Assembly: GCA_905178155.1 (NCBI GenBank) | Contig: CAJINV010000010.1 | Span: 521,851 to 585,850, forward strand | DNA: 64,000 bases | DNA from: Amoebophrya sp. A120 | Lineage: Eukaryota > Protista > Dinoflagellata | Direction of reading: 5' to 3' | Part shown: piece by piece, positions 13,601-26,063 of the stretch | How positions within the stretch are numbered: the first letter of the stretch is position 1 | Layout: every line of letters starts with the position of its first letter | Made by a program: the position numbers and the translations under genes | Notes under the pieces: model-generated | Seen by the model: the letters and a program-made list of their open reading frames with translations, nothing else | Told to the model about the DNA's origin: nothing | The model's database searches: none

Positions 13601-16600
13601 TGTAACACTTTTTTCTTTGCATAACCTGGTCTCTCGCCTCCCGCAAACTGACCATAGACATGAGCTCTTTACTCGACTTCCGGATTCGGTTCAGGTGCTT
13701 CGCATGAAGATCATCCATCTCGGCGGTGCTACTGCTCGTCGTCCCTGAAAAATGCCGTGAAGATGCACCGGACGTCGATGAACTTGTCTCTCCGATTTGC
13801 AGAAAAGACGTACTAGAAGTAGTAGTGCCTACTTGGTCTTGTTCAAAACTTTCGCCTTCGTCTTCCTGGTCCTGCGAAGAAGATGATTTTTTGTCCTTTC
13901 CTTCGCCTAGAATCTCTTCCATCAGCACTTTCCTAGCAACCGACAGCATCCGCGGCTTGACCACCCCAATCCGAGTGCTCCGTGTCGACGCTTTATTTCT
14001 TGTACTTGGCTTGACCGGACTCCTCTCAGCATAGTACTCTTCCGCCAACTGATCCTCCAGATCGGGCGTGAAGAGATACCGCACAACGTCTTCCGCAATC
14101 TTCGAGAGCTCCTTATCCAGCACGTTGCTTGTTGTACTAGCAGGCGCTGTCTTCTGTTTTTCCCTCCTCGTTGAGGTTCTTCTACCACCTGCTCCCGTCG
14201 TGGTTTTTCCGCTGTGCAGGGACGAAGGAGAAGCGGAGGAAACAGTAGTACCAGATTTATTCGCAGAGGAGCGACCCTATCAAGTGTAAAAATGTCTGGG
14301 TCTGGAAGAGTGCGCGACTTGTCATGCAGCTTTTCCATGACCCATGAGGTCTGGAATGCAGGACCTAGCATGACAGATTCTGTGCGATCTTTCTCATGCC
14401 TGTCCTGCATGAGAAACTGCCTCCCGACTTGGTCAAAACTGGACGACTTTTGGTAATCATGCAACACAGATTTTTGCACGCTGCAGATTTAGCATGACAA
14501 GTTGCATTCTTCCAGACCCAGACATTTTTACATTTAATAGACCCGACGTCCCGAAAATTGCATCCACAATGTCCTTCAGAGGGTCAGCGAGAGTTGTATC
14601 TCCTGCACCTGGTTTCATTTTCACCTGATTGCCGTCGTCCTGCACCTCCTGTCGCCCTGCTGTACTACTACTACCCGTGGTTGCCGTTGGAACAACTGCG
14701 GCGGTTGAGTTGCTTTCCGCGCTGGACAGCACTCTCTGACTTTGTTCCCTGTCCTGACCCGCAGCCAGCCCCGTGCTGTCTCCGAAAATGTCCGCGAAGG
14801 GGTTCTCGTCGTTTTTTTCAGCGGTGGTCGTTTATCAAATGCAAAAGTGTCTGGGTCTGGAAGAATGCAAGTTTGTGATGCTTGTCTGGCATGACTCGAG
14901 AATCTGTGTTGCATAGGCACGAAAAGGCCCTCTTACCTGTCATGCGAAAATGCAGTTTTCCATGCGGAATACGTATAGACATGGCAGCCAAGAAATTTGT
15001 CATGCATAGCTGCGCACTGCGGTGCGTCTATCATTCACTTTTAGCATTACATACAAGCTTCCAGACCCCGACATTTTTGCAGTGCATATGGTCGTTGTGG
15101 GAGCCACGTCCTCACTCGAGGCGGCGTCAGACCCGAAAATCCCGTCACCACCGCCAGCACCGCCTAGCGCACCAGCTCCGTCCCCGCCAAACAGTTTCGC
15201 GATGATATCGAGAATCAGAGGTATGGAAAGAAAAAAGTTTGTCACAGTCACTAACTTGCAGCTTTTGCATTACAGATTTTCTTAGCGTCACAAATTTTCC
15301 TTGTATTGCAGAAACACTAGGGAAACCTCCTATGGAGTTTAGCTGCGATGCATTTTTACGCATGACAGAAAGTTTTGTATTGCAAAAATGCGCATGAGCG
15401 ATCGTGACAAACTTTTTTTGTTTGATAAGAGGGGACAAAGTGGTAGTAGAAATTGTCGTGGTGTACATCGGAATCTGTTTCTGCCTTGTATGGATTGCAA
15501 ATATGTCTGGGTCTGGAAGATTGTAAACTTGTAATGCTGTCTCTGTATTCTAAAAAAATTTGTATTGCATGACCAGCAAGAGGACTCCAGTTTGTGTTAC
15601 GCGGACGAGAGGGCATTTCTCATGCGGTAGAGGCATCACAAAGTCCTCCAAAAATCTGTGATGCTAGGGCATGCATCACAGACATCGCGGGTCATTCAAA
15701 ATATGCATGACAAACTTGGCAATCTTCCAGAAGCAGACATATTTGCACTTGATACCTTGGCGCGCTGTACAACACCGATCTTTCCCCGTCCATTTCGACC
15801 AGGGAATTCGCTAGCGTCAAGTCCACCAACTCCACTGCCCAGTAGCGTTGGTGGACCACCGGAAACATCTCGATTTTGTGCCCCGGCTCGACGGCATCCG
15901 CAAAAATTCCGCCGATAGTGAAGACAGAGTTCTGCTCGGGCAACTTCGACAGGTAGAAGGAAAATTCCGGTTTGGTGAGCACGTTTGACTTCAACACGTT
16001 GTCAAACCAGGGCCGGGTGACCCAGGCGAGTTTCGTGTTTGGGTTGAAATTTGTTGTAGACGAGGAAGATTCATCCGATGGTGCGCCGCTGCCTGTGGAG
16101 TTACTGCTAGAATTCGAGGTGCTGTTCGTAGTAGAGGTGGAGTTCGTAGTCGTGCTGTTGGGATCGTCTTTGTAGCTGCTGTGCTGGGTCTTCAAGGCTA
16201 GTTGTTTTCTCTGATTCGCTCCTTGCATGCCAGCGTTGCGGTCTGTTGGGAAGTCGGTAGTTGATTTTCGGTTATAATTTTGTGAATACCATCAGTTGGT
16301 AAGTAGTTTGTTCTGTTTCTGATTGACGTAAATTGCACGAGAGGATGGATCAGGTTGGTGAACTGGAGCTAGAACTAGAAAACCGCACATGACAAAGATG
16401 AAACACACGACTTACTGCAGATGCAGATGCAGTCAGGAATTGAATTTTTACAAAGCATCAAAATACTCAAAAACGTTTGCCACGTCCCAGAAGACGACTC
16501 GCCCTTGAACCAGTCCCGGCCCTTGTGAATCAAAACGTTTGAATCCCCATTCAAATCCGCTTCGACCTGCTCCGTCGCTACTAAATCCGGGAATTATCAA

Positions 16601-19223
16601 ATGCAAAAGTGTCTGGGTCTGGAAATTTGTGATGCTGGGTGGCGTATCATGAGGAGAGGATGCCACAAGTGCTGGCTCAGCATGACAAGTTTCTGAGCTT
16701 CGTTCTAGGTGTTGCCTACTCTGCATGACAGACTGCGTTTCTGCATGACAGAAAAGCGAGGCTCTTTGGTATCGTGCATGACAGATTTAAGAGTCATGCC
16801 AGACAAGCATGACAAACCTACCAATCTTCCAGACCCAGACATTTTTGCATTTGATAGGAATCCCAACCCGACAATCCCGTCGAAGTCGTCGCCTTCGAAA
16901 ATTTCCCCGACCGATTCGTAGATCAAATTGAACCCCTGGCCGAAAACGGTGACCGGGCCGATTCGGACGTCGTCGTAGCCCCGAACGCCGGACAAAACCC
17001 CAGAACCGAACACCGACCCCACTTTGCAGAGTTGCTCCTCTGCTTTTATTTTGCGGAGACGTTGATGGCCGCTTCGGTGATGAAACTTTTTCATCTTCCC
17101 TCCTGACGAAGTAGCACTAGACTTCTTCTTTTTCATCTTCACTGCAGCGACGTGCTCCTTTCCTCGGTTTTTCGCCTGTTTTTTCTTGGAAATTGCTTTC
17201 TTGGAAGCAGAATTCCGCGATTTCATCCTCTGCTGCACGTTTGTTCTGCTTGTAGAAGCGACCTGCAGGAAATTGCTAGAGGGCTGCGTTTTTGATAGAG
17301 CGCCCGTTTCTTCTACTGTTTCGTTCTTCACCACCACTTCCAACGGCTCATCAGTGTCGCTGCTCTGCTTATCGCTCTTCCCCTCCACCAAGGAACTCGC
17401 CTTGCACAGCCGCGAGGTCAAGGAGTGATTCGGGTCGTAACTTCCAGCCGCGCCGCCCTTCACAATGTCGGACTTCACCGCGGACAACCAGGTGTCTGAA
17501 GTATCAAGTGCAAAAATGTCTGGGTCTGTAAGAATGCATGTTTGTCATGCTTGTCTGGGATGACTCTTCAATCTGACATGCACGTTACCCAAGAGCTCCA
17601 TTTTTCTGTGATGCAGAAACGCAGTTTGTCATGCAGAGGAGGCAACACCTAGAAGCTCAGAAACTTGTCATGCTGGGCCAGCACTTGTGGCCTCATCATG
17701 AGAGGCCACCCAGCATCACAAGTTTCCAGACCCAGACATATTTGCAATTGATATGAAGACCCCGTGTCCAAAATGACCCGCATCCGCGCCTGGGGCTGGG
17801 AAAAACAGTTTTGGGCGAAGGAGGAGGTGGCTTCTGCACCATCAGTGCTGGTTGTATTCATTGCCTGTTGGTCAACAACATCCTGTGCAGTTCCTGCTTT
17901 CGTCGAGTCCGTAGCATTGTTTCCTGCCTCCTCGTCCCCGGATGAAGATGAAAGAAGACTTGTCACTATGAAATGCAAAAATGTCTGGGTCTGGAAAAAA
18001 GCAACTTGTGATGCAGATTCTGGAACAGACAAAAATCTGTACTGCGTAGTCAGCAAAAGGTGCCCGATTTTTGTTTCCCGAAAAACGTATTTGTCATCAG
18101 GAATCGGCATGGAGAAGCTCCTACCACAGAGTTTGTCATGCTCTGAGTGCATTCCAGATTTTTTTGTAGATGTAAAAAATGCATGACAAATGTCTGATTT
18201 CTTCCAGACCCAGACACTTTTGCATTTGATAGTCACTACCTTTCCGCAATTCTCGTCACCGTTTTTCGCCATCGCCTGGCCGATGTGAATGGTCGCGATG
18301 TATTCCATGTCGTAGTTGTTGGTCAGTTCCACCTGCCCCGCCGCCCCGAACGCGCCCCGTTCGTGCGGGAGGTGGTGCGATTGGGAGGAGAGGAGGGTAG
18401 CGGTCGCGTTTGTTCCATCGGTTTTATCGGTGGTGGAACTGTCTGACACAACTTCCGTGTCGTTTTTCACAATCCTGACCCCGTCATCCTCTTCTCCGAA
18501 CAGCTTCGAAGAATCGAACCCGGTTTCCGACTCCGCAACGTCATCCAGGTCATCCAACGACTGCTGGCGGTTGCTGTTTTTCAGAGACTTCGACTTCGGG
18601 CGCTTTGGGGAGGAGAGTGGAGGGGTTCTTGTTTGCTTCCGTCTAGAAGTGCTGCCGGAAGCGCCTTTTGCTTTTGTACTAATACTAGTTGTAGAGCGGT
18701 GCTTCTTGTCGTGACCTGATTTTTTATCCCCGGCCTTTTTCTCCTGTTCTTGACGCTTTTTATCTGCCTTCTTTCTCTGCTGTTCGCCGTAGCTCCTTTT
18801 TTGCGGCTTTTTCCTTATTATCTTGGCTGCCGGGCTTGTGTGTATCTGCTGATTGTCAGAAATCTTGTCGTGTACCTGCAGAAAAGACGCCAGGACTTTA
18901 GGCCTGGCGATATGGTCCCGCATGTTGGCAGTAGATTCCGCATTTATAAGTGCACCAACATGAGGTTCTCTTTCCTCGCCAATGCTATTTTCGTCGCTGT
19001 GCCACACGTGATGGTGCGTCAAGGGGCTCCGGCGCTCCAGCGGGACTGTCAGCTGTGCCGCTTGTCCGTCGTGGTACAGAGCGGTCGGACCTTTTGCTTC
19101 GCCGTTCTTGCCAATCACCTCTAGTACTGCAGGCGAGAGTAAGTACAGCTGCAGGAGTTTTTTCACTAGAAGTCGAGCGGCGAAGGGTCGGGAGATGCTT
19201 GTTACCGGCACCATTTTATGCAT
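7641..19223 (-). CDS. Pepsin-family (A1) aspartic protease, plasmepsin/TgASP-like, with long low-complexity inserts and an acidic C-terminal tail; 15 introners plus GT-AG introns
   Basis: Spliced motifs in order: ELTNNYDMEYIATIHIG, RVILDTGSS|DTWL, FDGIVGLGF|P, FSFYLSK, YWAVEL, LIIDSGTSL|FTIP, CSLAMTPLDI|P, AGMAFMRK|YYAVFSRADQPSVGLALA. The frame continues into the E/Q/D-rich ORFs down to 7641. Confidence 0.85.
9172..9407. mobile_element. Introner family D (236 bp)
   Basis: TIR TATGGCGTTCTCAAACGTTACATTCTCAGCTGTTACATGAATTTGT; TSD GACCA. Confidence 0.95.
9542..9807. mobile_element. Introner family A, diverged
   Basis: Left end TGTG; TSD CTTCT/TTTCT. Confidence 0.85.
10039..10306. mobile_element. 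Introner family A
   Basis: Family A TIRs; TSD TCCTT. Confidence 0.95.
11215..11509. mobile_element. Introner family C
   Basis: Family C TIRs; TSD GAATG. Confidence 0.93.
11710..11863. mobile_element. Introner family E (154 bp)
   Basis: TIR TATC...TGCAAAAGTATCGTAC; TSD GCACC. Confidence 0.93.
12004..12314. mobile_element. Introner family A, diverged, inside the DSGTSL motif
   Basis: TSD GCCTG/GACTG. Confidence 0.85.
12428..12591. mobile_element. Introner family E
   Basis: TSD ATTTG/ACTTG. Confidence 0.88.
13413..13623. mobile_element. Introner family B
   Basis: Family B TIRs; TSD ATCTC/ACCTG. Confidence 0.88.
14278..14539. mobile_element. Introner family A (262 bp)
   Basis: TSD GACCC. 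Confidence 0.95.
14833..15088. mobile_element. Introner family A with an 8-bp TSD
   Basis: Flanked by TGGTCGTT on both sides. Confidence 0.9.
15222..15427. mobile_element. Introner, B-like variant (206 bp)
   Basis: TIR TATGGAAAGAAAAAAGTTTGTCAC; TSD AGAGG. Confidence 0.9.
15489..15754. mobile_element. Introner family A
   Basis: TSD CCTTG. Confidence 0.95.
16595..16856. mobile_element. Introner family A (262 bp)
   Basis: TSD GGAAT; splits GLGF|P. Confidence 0.95.
17502..17753. mobile_element. Introner family A (252 bp)
   Basis: TSD TGAAG; splits DTGSS|DTW; close copy of 44924-45175. Confidence 0.95.
17967..18231. mobile_element. Introner family A (265 bp)
   Basis: TSD GTCAC. Confidence 0.95.
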
Positions 19224-20094
19224 TTTTTCAAATTTTTTAATTTTGTTTTTTACATTTCCATCCAAGGCTACAATGAATCCTTCAAATAAGCAGCTTAAGG
19301 AAAGAATCTTGTACAACTCAGTTGTAACTTTCTCTCTACCAAGACGAGAAGCCAAACTGCAGCGCGACTCAAGCACGAGTGCACAAACACAAGCGACTCT
19401 AACCTGCAAAGCGATTCATCGTCTCGATAGCAGCTCAATCCGCTGCCATCGCTGTCTCTCTCGAAATGAAAGGTCCTACATCAAATCGTGCTACGTAAAC
19501 CCACTCGGACCCAATACTAACGACCGCTCTATCTAAAGCAAGATTGACAAACGGGTCCTGGAACAAACAAAATGTTAACTCGAAAGAACTTAGTACGGTC
19601 GTGGGCCGCGTAATGTGATCCATGTTTCTGTATCGGTGCTTCAACTTCACATGCACCAGCAACAGCAAGTGCTTTGCAATATAATGTCGTCCAGCATGTT
19701 GCGTTTAAAACAACTGATGTCCATCTTTCCCGCACAAGAATGAGACATGTAGATAAAAAACCTATTCCCAGAACCAAAAACGCTACTCGCTCTATACTTA
19801 CACTAGACTCAGTTGGTTCGCCCCGTGCTGGTGGTTCAAAGCATTCTATAGTACGACGAACCTCTTCAAACCAGCACTACCTCCCCCGCTAAGCGCTAAA
19901 AAAGGCCAGGGTGTACAACTAGGGGGTCAATGTGCCGGCACCAGCTCAGGAAACAACCAAGAACTGTACGAGATTGTTGTTCATCTGCGGACATACATCC
20001 TCGAAGCGCGGCTCAATGGGAATAAAATTAGTCAGTCTAATGGTTGTTTTATCTACTTTTACTTCTCTATCGGGACGATACTGAAAAGATGAAC

Positions 20095-22778
20095 TTAACG
20101 CACGTAATCCATTGCCCGGATGGTTCTCCCACGGTTCACGGTGGTATTCGTGATTCCCTGCTTCATGAACCGCTTCTGATCTTCCCTCTTTATGGCCATG
20201 ATCTGTTTCCCCTGCGTCTTCAACTGCGAAATACCAATCACGCAGTTGTTCTGCCCGTTCTGCAGCGCTAACCTCGCCCCAAAACCACCTCCAATGGCCT
20301 TCACCTTTTCCTTCTCTTGCCCGCGCCGGCTGTGGTACAGCGCCAACCCCCGCTGCCGGTAAATGTACCGCAGCCGCCTGTGCGCCGCCTCGGAGCCGTC
20401 CGGGAGTTGTAAATTTCCCGTTTCCGGCACGATTTTCGCGATTCTCAGGTTCAAAGCCTTGCAAACCTTCTGGAACTCATGCTCGTCGTCGCAAACGTGG
20501 ACTTCGTTTTCCTCATCCGATTCCAGCTCGTATTCTGTGCAAAATTTCTCGTAGATTTTATCCTGAGTAAAGACGTCCCCACACCAGAGCCAAGATGGGA
20601 AATCTGCTAGACAAATCAACCAGCTTTCGCTGTTTCGCATGACAGGTTTGCCCTCCTGGTATAATCTTGTTTCGCTAGTTCAGCAGCGTCACAGATCTAG
20701 CATATCATGCTGATTCTAGCATCACAAACTCCAAAAAACAGCTAGAAAATATTTCTCATGGGGCTCCGCATGAGAAACTTTTTTGGCATGCAGATTTGCA
20801 TGACAACTCTGGGGTGGGGACGTTTTTACTCAGCATAGATTTCTTGGATGAAAGCACTTGGATTCGGCCGGCTCCCGAAAAACTTCCGGGCGAAGCACTG
20901 CAGGCTGACGCCAGGAATTATAGCGTCGGAATTGTTGTCCTCCTTGTGGTCACCATCTGCTCTACTATTTCGCTTCAGTGATGATGATGCTCCTTGTTCT
21001 ACTGTTCTTTCCGCGTCCGTTTCCTCGACCAGTTGCTGGTAATCCAGCTCCGAAAACTCTATTGTGTCGTCGATAAACTCTGCGAAGTCAACGGCTTCGT
21101 CGAAAGCGAGCAAGTGATCTTCGTCCTCGTCAAAAAATTCAAACATCTCTTGCAGCTTCTCCGCGTCGCCTGTTTGTAGCGTAAAGGAATGCTAGACTAG
21201 CATGACAAATCTGGTTTGTTTCTTAGGTAATTTAGCATTACAAATTCAATTTTTCATACTGAGCTAATTTGTGATGCAATTTATACTAGTACGATGCTTT
21301 TGCAGTGCATATGCACCGTGCCGCAACGAATAAAAACTCTTGATGTTGAACGTCAAACTCAAAGCGTTACCTACTACACGACGTCCATTTATCAAATTGT
21401 CTGTGCCTCTCTTGCAAAAAAAAAACCCAACAGCTGCATATGTAAAATTTATACTCAGATTCTTTTCGGCTTCCTTCCTCGCCGCCTTTTTCTCTGCGTT
21501 TTTTTCCACCTTCTCAATGGCGTTCTCCAGCATCTGGTCGGTCAGCGCTTCCCTCACCGTTTCCAGCGTTTTTTTCTTATTCTCCTTCAGGTTGAGCTCG
21601 TTCCAACTTGTGCGGAAATCGTAGAAGAGCTCCAGCTATCAAATGCAAATATGTCTGTGTCTGGAAACTTGTGATGCAAGAAAGGGAAGAGTGAGCGCAC
21701 TGTAATGCGCTGCCCAGCATGACAAGTTTTTCCGTGTAGTTCAGCTTCAGATTTGTTGCGTAATCCGCATGACAAACTGCGTTTTTGCATGCCAGATAGG
21801 AAGAGCTCGTAGCGGGCACGCAATACAGAGTTCAGAGTCATGCTAGGCTAGCATGACAAATCTGGCAATCTTCCAGACCCAGACATACTTGCATTTGATA
21901 CCAGTTGCGCCTTTAACTCCGCAGTGATGGCTTCCGAGTAGTTGCCCGCGCGGGTGTACCCCTCGACGCCAATCCGCGTGTGGTTCTTGTCGAGCATGTG
22001 TCTCCGACAGGACAGTTCGTCCTCGAAGGATTTGTCGCAGTAGAGACATTGGTGCCCTTCGGAGATCTTCTTGTGCAGAAAGGAGAGTAACCCGGGCTTG
22101 TCGGTGCAGTAGGTTTCGTCGGGGATGAAGAAGGAAAACTTTTTACCCATGTAATCCAGGTTGTCTTCGAGAGATTTGAAAGTTCGGTGGTCGAAAAGGG
22201 ACCGGTTGGGCAGGGGAACAACCTGGTGTTGCGTTTTTGGAAGTTGATTTTTGATTTTTGACATAGACATCCTAAGTCGTGAACTAAGTACACGACGCAC
22301 ACTTCGTTGTACTATCTCGTCGACATCAAGTTGTAGCCCGACTTTGTCCTACGTAGTAGTTCACCAGCAAGCAACTTTTTTAGCAAGAGCTGCGTCAAAT
22401 CATCGCATTTACAATACAAGCATTTTTAGAAGTTGTACTGCGTTACATATTACTTACCTCTGCGTTGGCGTTCACCGCCACTGCCTTGGATTGATTGGTC
22501 GCTACGGAATTTCTCCCTGAAGTAGTCTGTTCTGCCAGATTCCGCTTTTTGCTTTCCTTCAAGTGGTCCGTTTTCTTCCCGGTTTGCTCCATCTGAATTT
22601 CCTTAAACCGCTGCAACTTCCGCTCCCACAGCTCGGCGGGAATCGGGGCCGCGTTTTCCAGCTTCCGCTTCACGTTGTACATGTGCCTTTCCGACCGGTA
22701 GTGCGCCCGCTGCTCAGACACCGGCACGTGCTCGTTGCACGAGGTGCACACCGTCATCGGAATGGTGGCGGTCGCCAT
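20095..22778 (-). CDS. REI1: Pre-60S ribosome maturation factor REI1/ZNF622-like (C2H2 zinc fingers)
   Basis: CTSCNEH...QRAHYRSERHMYNVKRKL; NLDYMGKKFSFFIPD...CLYCDKSF...RRHMLDKNH; LELFYDF; LQLPDGSEAAHRRLRYIYRQ. Confidence 0.88.
20559..20837. mobile_element. Introner family C (279 bp)
   Basis: TSD GATTT. Confidence 0.95.
21637..21900. mobile_element. Introner family A
   Basis: TSD CCAGC/CCAGT. Confidence 0.93.
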
Positions 22779-24743
22779 TTTTTTCTTTCTACAACGAACT
22801 GTTTTTGTCTCAATAACAAGGGAAATAACGAGGAAAAAAAGACTTGATAGATACTGCAGTCGCGAGGGTCCTGAAAAGTAGTAGTCAACCAAGTAACGAC
22901 CGACGTGCACAAGAGGCCTAGTGTAGAAGACAGATATGGCACAACTACAACAACTAGCTCATAAATTGGTAGTGGTCAAAATAAACTCGAATACGAGTAG
23001 TATGGTCCGTGTTCTACTGCAACAAACTATCTACGACTCGTTCGCTAGAAGTACTACTACCCTGCTCTTGTTCTCTTTCACCATCGGGCCCTGTATCTTC
23101 ATTTACAATTTCCAAGAATGATGTTAAAAACGAACGATATTGAAAATTCTCGAATATGGAAGTCGTCCAAATTTGAAAATAGCAGATCAACTGCCAACCC
23201 AAGACATCCATGCTGTTTCATTTCGCGGGTCGATCGGTGCCTTTGCGATGTTGTACTAACACGCAAAATCAATACGATCATTTTGAACTCATTTCCATCC
23301 TTCAAAATATCGTGCATCAACACCAGTGAATATTAAGACCGACACTTCATTTCCGCTGTCGCTCTGCCCCCTCGGAACAATCTTTATTTACAAAAATGAA
23401 TCGGAAGCCGCTTTGTTTTTACCTTTACTGCAGATCTTCAAATGCTCCGTTGTATCATACAGTGCGTCGAGAAGTGCGGCGCAATTAATTATAACAAACT
23501 TAAGTTCACAACTTGGTCTCTGATCAAGATCTTGATTTTCGGCCCACTAGCATAGGAGCGAGACACATGGAAAATGGATCGAGAAAAATTTATTCCATCT
23601 GGATCACAGTAGGTCTTTCGGTAGAAGATTCAGATGACAACAGAGAGGCACAACCAAAGAACAGTCGCAGTTGTCCTGTCGCCTAGGGTGGTCGTCGGCG
23701 TTCTTTCTCAGCTTTCAGACATGGAATTCCATGATCGTCAGTCGATCGCAAAAGCGGGAGCTGTAAAAATATGTCTTTTCACAATTATTCGTGGACCAAA
23801 TTATACATAGCTCAGGTGGAAGAGCAGATCATCTTACACGTGCGATTCCTGGTTTTTGCTGGGGGATTTCTAGCTGCCTTTAACGAGAGTTGTTCCTACT
23901 AGTTGCTATGCGTCGCTCATCTGTTTGTTGTCAGATGTTGCTGTCGGCGATCGGTAGTATAATTCGAAGGGTAGTGAATGTTAGATCATCGGAGGTGTGT
24001 GTCATATCATACATTGTACATAGATGCAGTGTCGTGCTGGATTCAACAGTGTAGAGGGTCGAAAACTAAAATCTGCGGAAAACTAAAATCTCAAAGGGGA
24101 GTTTGAAAAATTGCACAGTAGCGTAGCGAACTGAGAATATTTCTGATTCTGCTGATATAGAATCATAGCTAGTGTGGCTTCCGTTCTGCTGTACGTGCGT
24201 GCTTCGTGCGCCTTCGTACAAAAATAACTGTTGGCAAAAACAAAATTTTCAGAGTGCCTGTTCAGTGCATTTCTAGTCGACTTCTCACCTGCGTGCACTT
24301 CTTTCACAAAAAAAAATACTACTAGTACAACTTCTGTCAATTACGTCAAAATACTACTAGTACAAATTATACATCAAGATGAATTATAAACTAGTACATT
24401 ATACACTGTCGGAAAAATACTACTAGAGTCGAGAGGGTTTTCTTTTCTGCTTCGCAAATTTGTAGAAGTGCTGGGTCTGCAAAAATAGCGAGAAGCTGAT
24501 ACCGTAACGTCTTGATGTTTGTCTCGGTCACAGCTTCTGGCACTTCAACTTTCATACATTACTAATTTTGGACAAAATTATCAAAAGGCAAGTACTATAT
24601 ATCGTCGTAAGAACGAAAGGATAGATACTAGCTCGAAACCTGTCTGCGAGTCGACTCGTGGGTCGTCCAGCGTGCCGCCCCTCGTCGCCCGCGATAATTC
24701 CGATTCGTCGTGTGCTGGTGATCAAACATGATGATGATGCTAC

Positions 24744-25418
24744 TTACCCAGTAAGGAATCCTAGGACTCTTGCAGATGGAATCCCAGTACGGTCCTCAAA
24801 GAGTTTTTTCGTCACTAAGTGAAGGTTCAAGAGAGGTACACGCGCACATGCGTAACTCGTGATGGCAGTTGCGGCCTGTTCTGGACGGATGACGACTCTG
24901 TGCGAATCCCGCTCATCCCGCCAATATCGTTCGCGCGGCACCAAGTCGTACAAACGAGGCTGACGAAATGCGTATCCACTCAAAGTCAAGAAATCCATCA
25001 CGAATGCATCCACGTTAGTGTTCGTTCGCCATTTCTTTCCCCTTTCAGCAACCGAGAAGAGGCCCGCCAGGCCGCGGACTCGGCGGCCAACTTGTCTCAC
25101 CTTATGGACCAGCGTGCCGTCAGACTTGTAAGTTGCAACAACGGACGAGCCAGTGGACGAATATGTTGTGGGTCCACCTTGAACCCGCTCCGTTCTACCC
25201 ATTACGGCACTCTGCAAAATGACTTCAAACAGGAAGAGTCGCTGCCACCGCGACAGGGGCTCTGCTGCACGCGGACTTCTGGGGTCTCCTGCCCGGTCGA
25301 CAAAAAAACCCAAGTGTTTCTCGAGTAGTTCCGAATCGGGCATGTTGGGGTCGTGCGTAAGCCTGACTTGGAACGGTTTCCCTCTATATGCACTAGCAAA
25401 AATTACAATCGCCGTCAA
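24744..25418 (-). CDS. Hypothetical protein or exon; possibly continues the 26064-26624 ORF
   Basis: 224-aa ORF in otherwise ORF-poor sequence; no recognised domain. Confidence 0.5.
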   Translation of the reverse strand: MTAIVIFASAYRGKPFQVRLTHDPNMPDSELLEKHLGFFVDRAGDPRSPRAAEPLSRWQRLFLFEVILQSAVMGRTERVQGGPTTYSSTGSSVVATYKSDGTLVHKVRQVGRRVRGLAGLFSVAERGKKWRTNTNVDAFVMDFLTLSGYAFRQPRLYDLVPRERYWRDERDSHRVVIRPEQAATAITSYACARVPLLNLHLVTKKLFEDRTGIPSARVLGFLTG

Positions 25419-26063
25419 TTTCCGATCAACATGCTTGTGGTCCTTGATTTTATCCTGGTACAGCTGTATGAAGTAGTGCAGCAGCGCTCTTTTACTTTTT
25501 GCTTTGTGTCGCGGTCGTTCTCACCGTTATCACACAATCAGAAATTGAGGCAGATAGCAATCTTGTCTAGGATACTTTCATCCTTTCCGGTGCGTCGAGA
25601 ACCCAGACTTGGCGACTAGAACGCGACGGCTGGCGACGATACCAACGGCTATGGCTATCGAGCGTCCAATAGAAAGATGTCATGCAAGCCAAAAATTGCA
25701 TCAGTAGCTGCATACCAGGCAGAGGCACATGAGCCAATATAATACTCTAGTTATACCTGCATATACAAAGTCCCGCAGTCAGTATAAGTACAAGTCTTTG
25801 AGCCCTTCTCGCGTTTTTGAAGTGGCGCGCGGCTTCGTTCCAATTTTTATCGATGCTCTTACCAACACATCAACTCCCCACTGGAAGAAGAAATTTTATA
25901 AAAAAATGGCCAACGGCTGCAGCGTTTTTGTCTTTGAAGAACTGCAGAAGCGCGCTGTGGAAGCCGTGACCCGCCAGGGGCAGGAGCGTCTCATGATCTG
26001 CAAATTCGTCTATTGCATAATATAAAAATCTAGAGAGCAGAAGATCTCCTCACACTAAAAAAA

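Noticed and set aside
24313-24426. AAAATACTACTAGTACAA repeated 3-4 times at ~35 bp spacing
   Set aside because: Short, degenerate intergenic minisatellite; ACTAGT-rich words are common throughout the non-coding DNA here.
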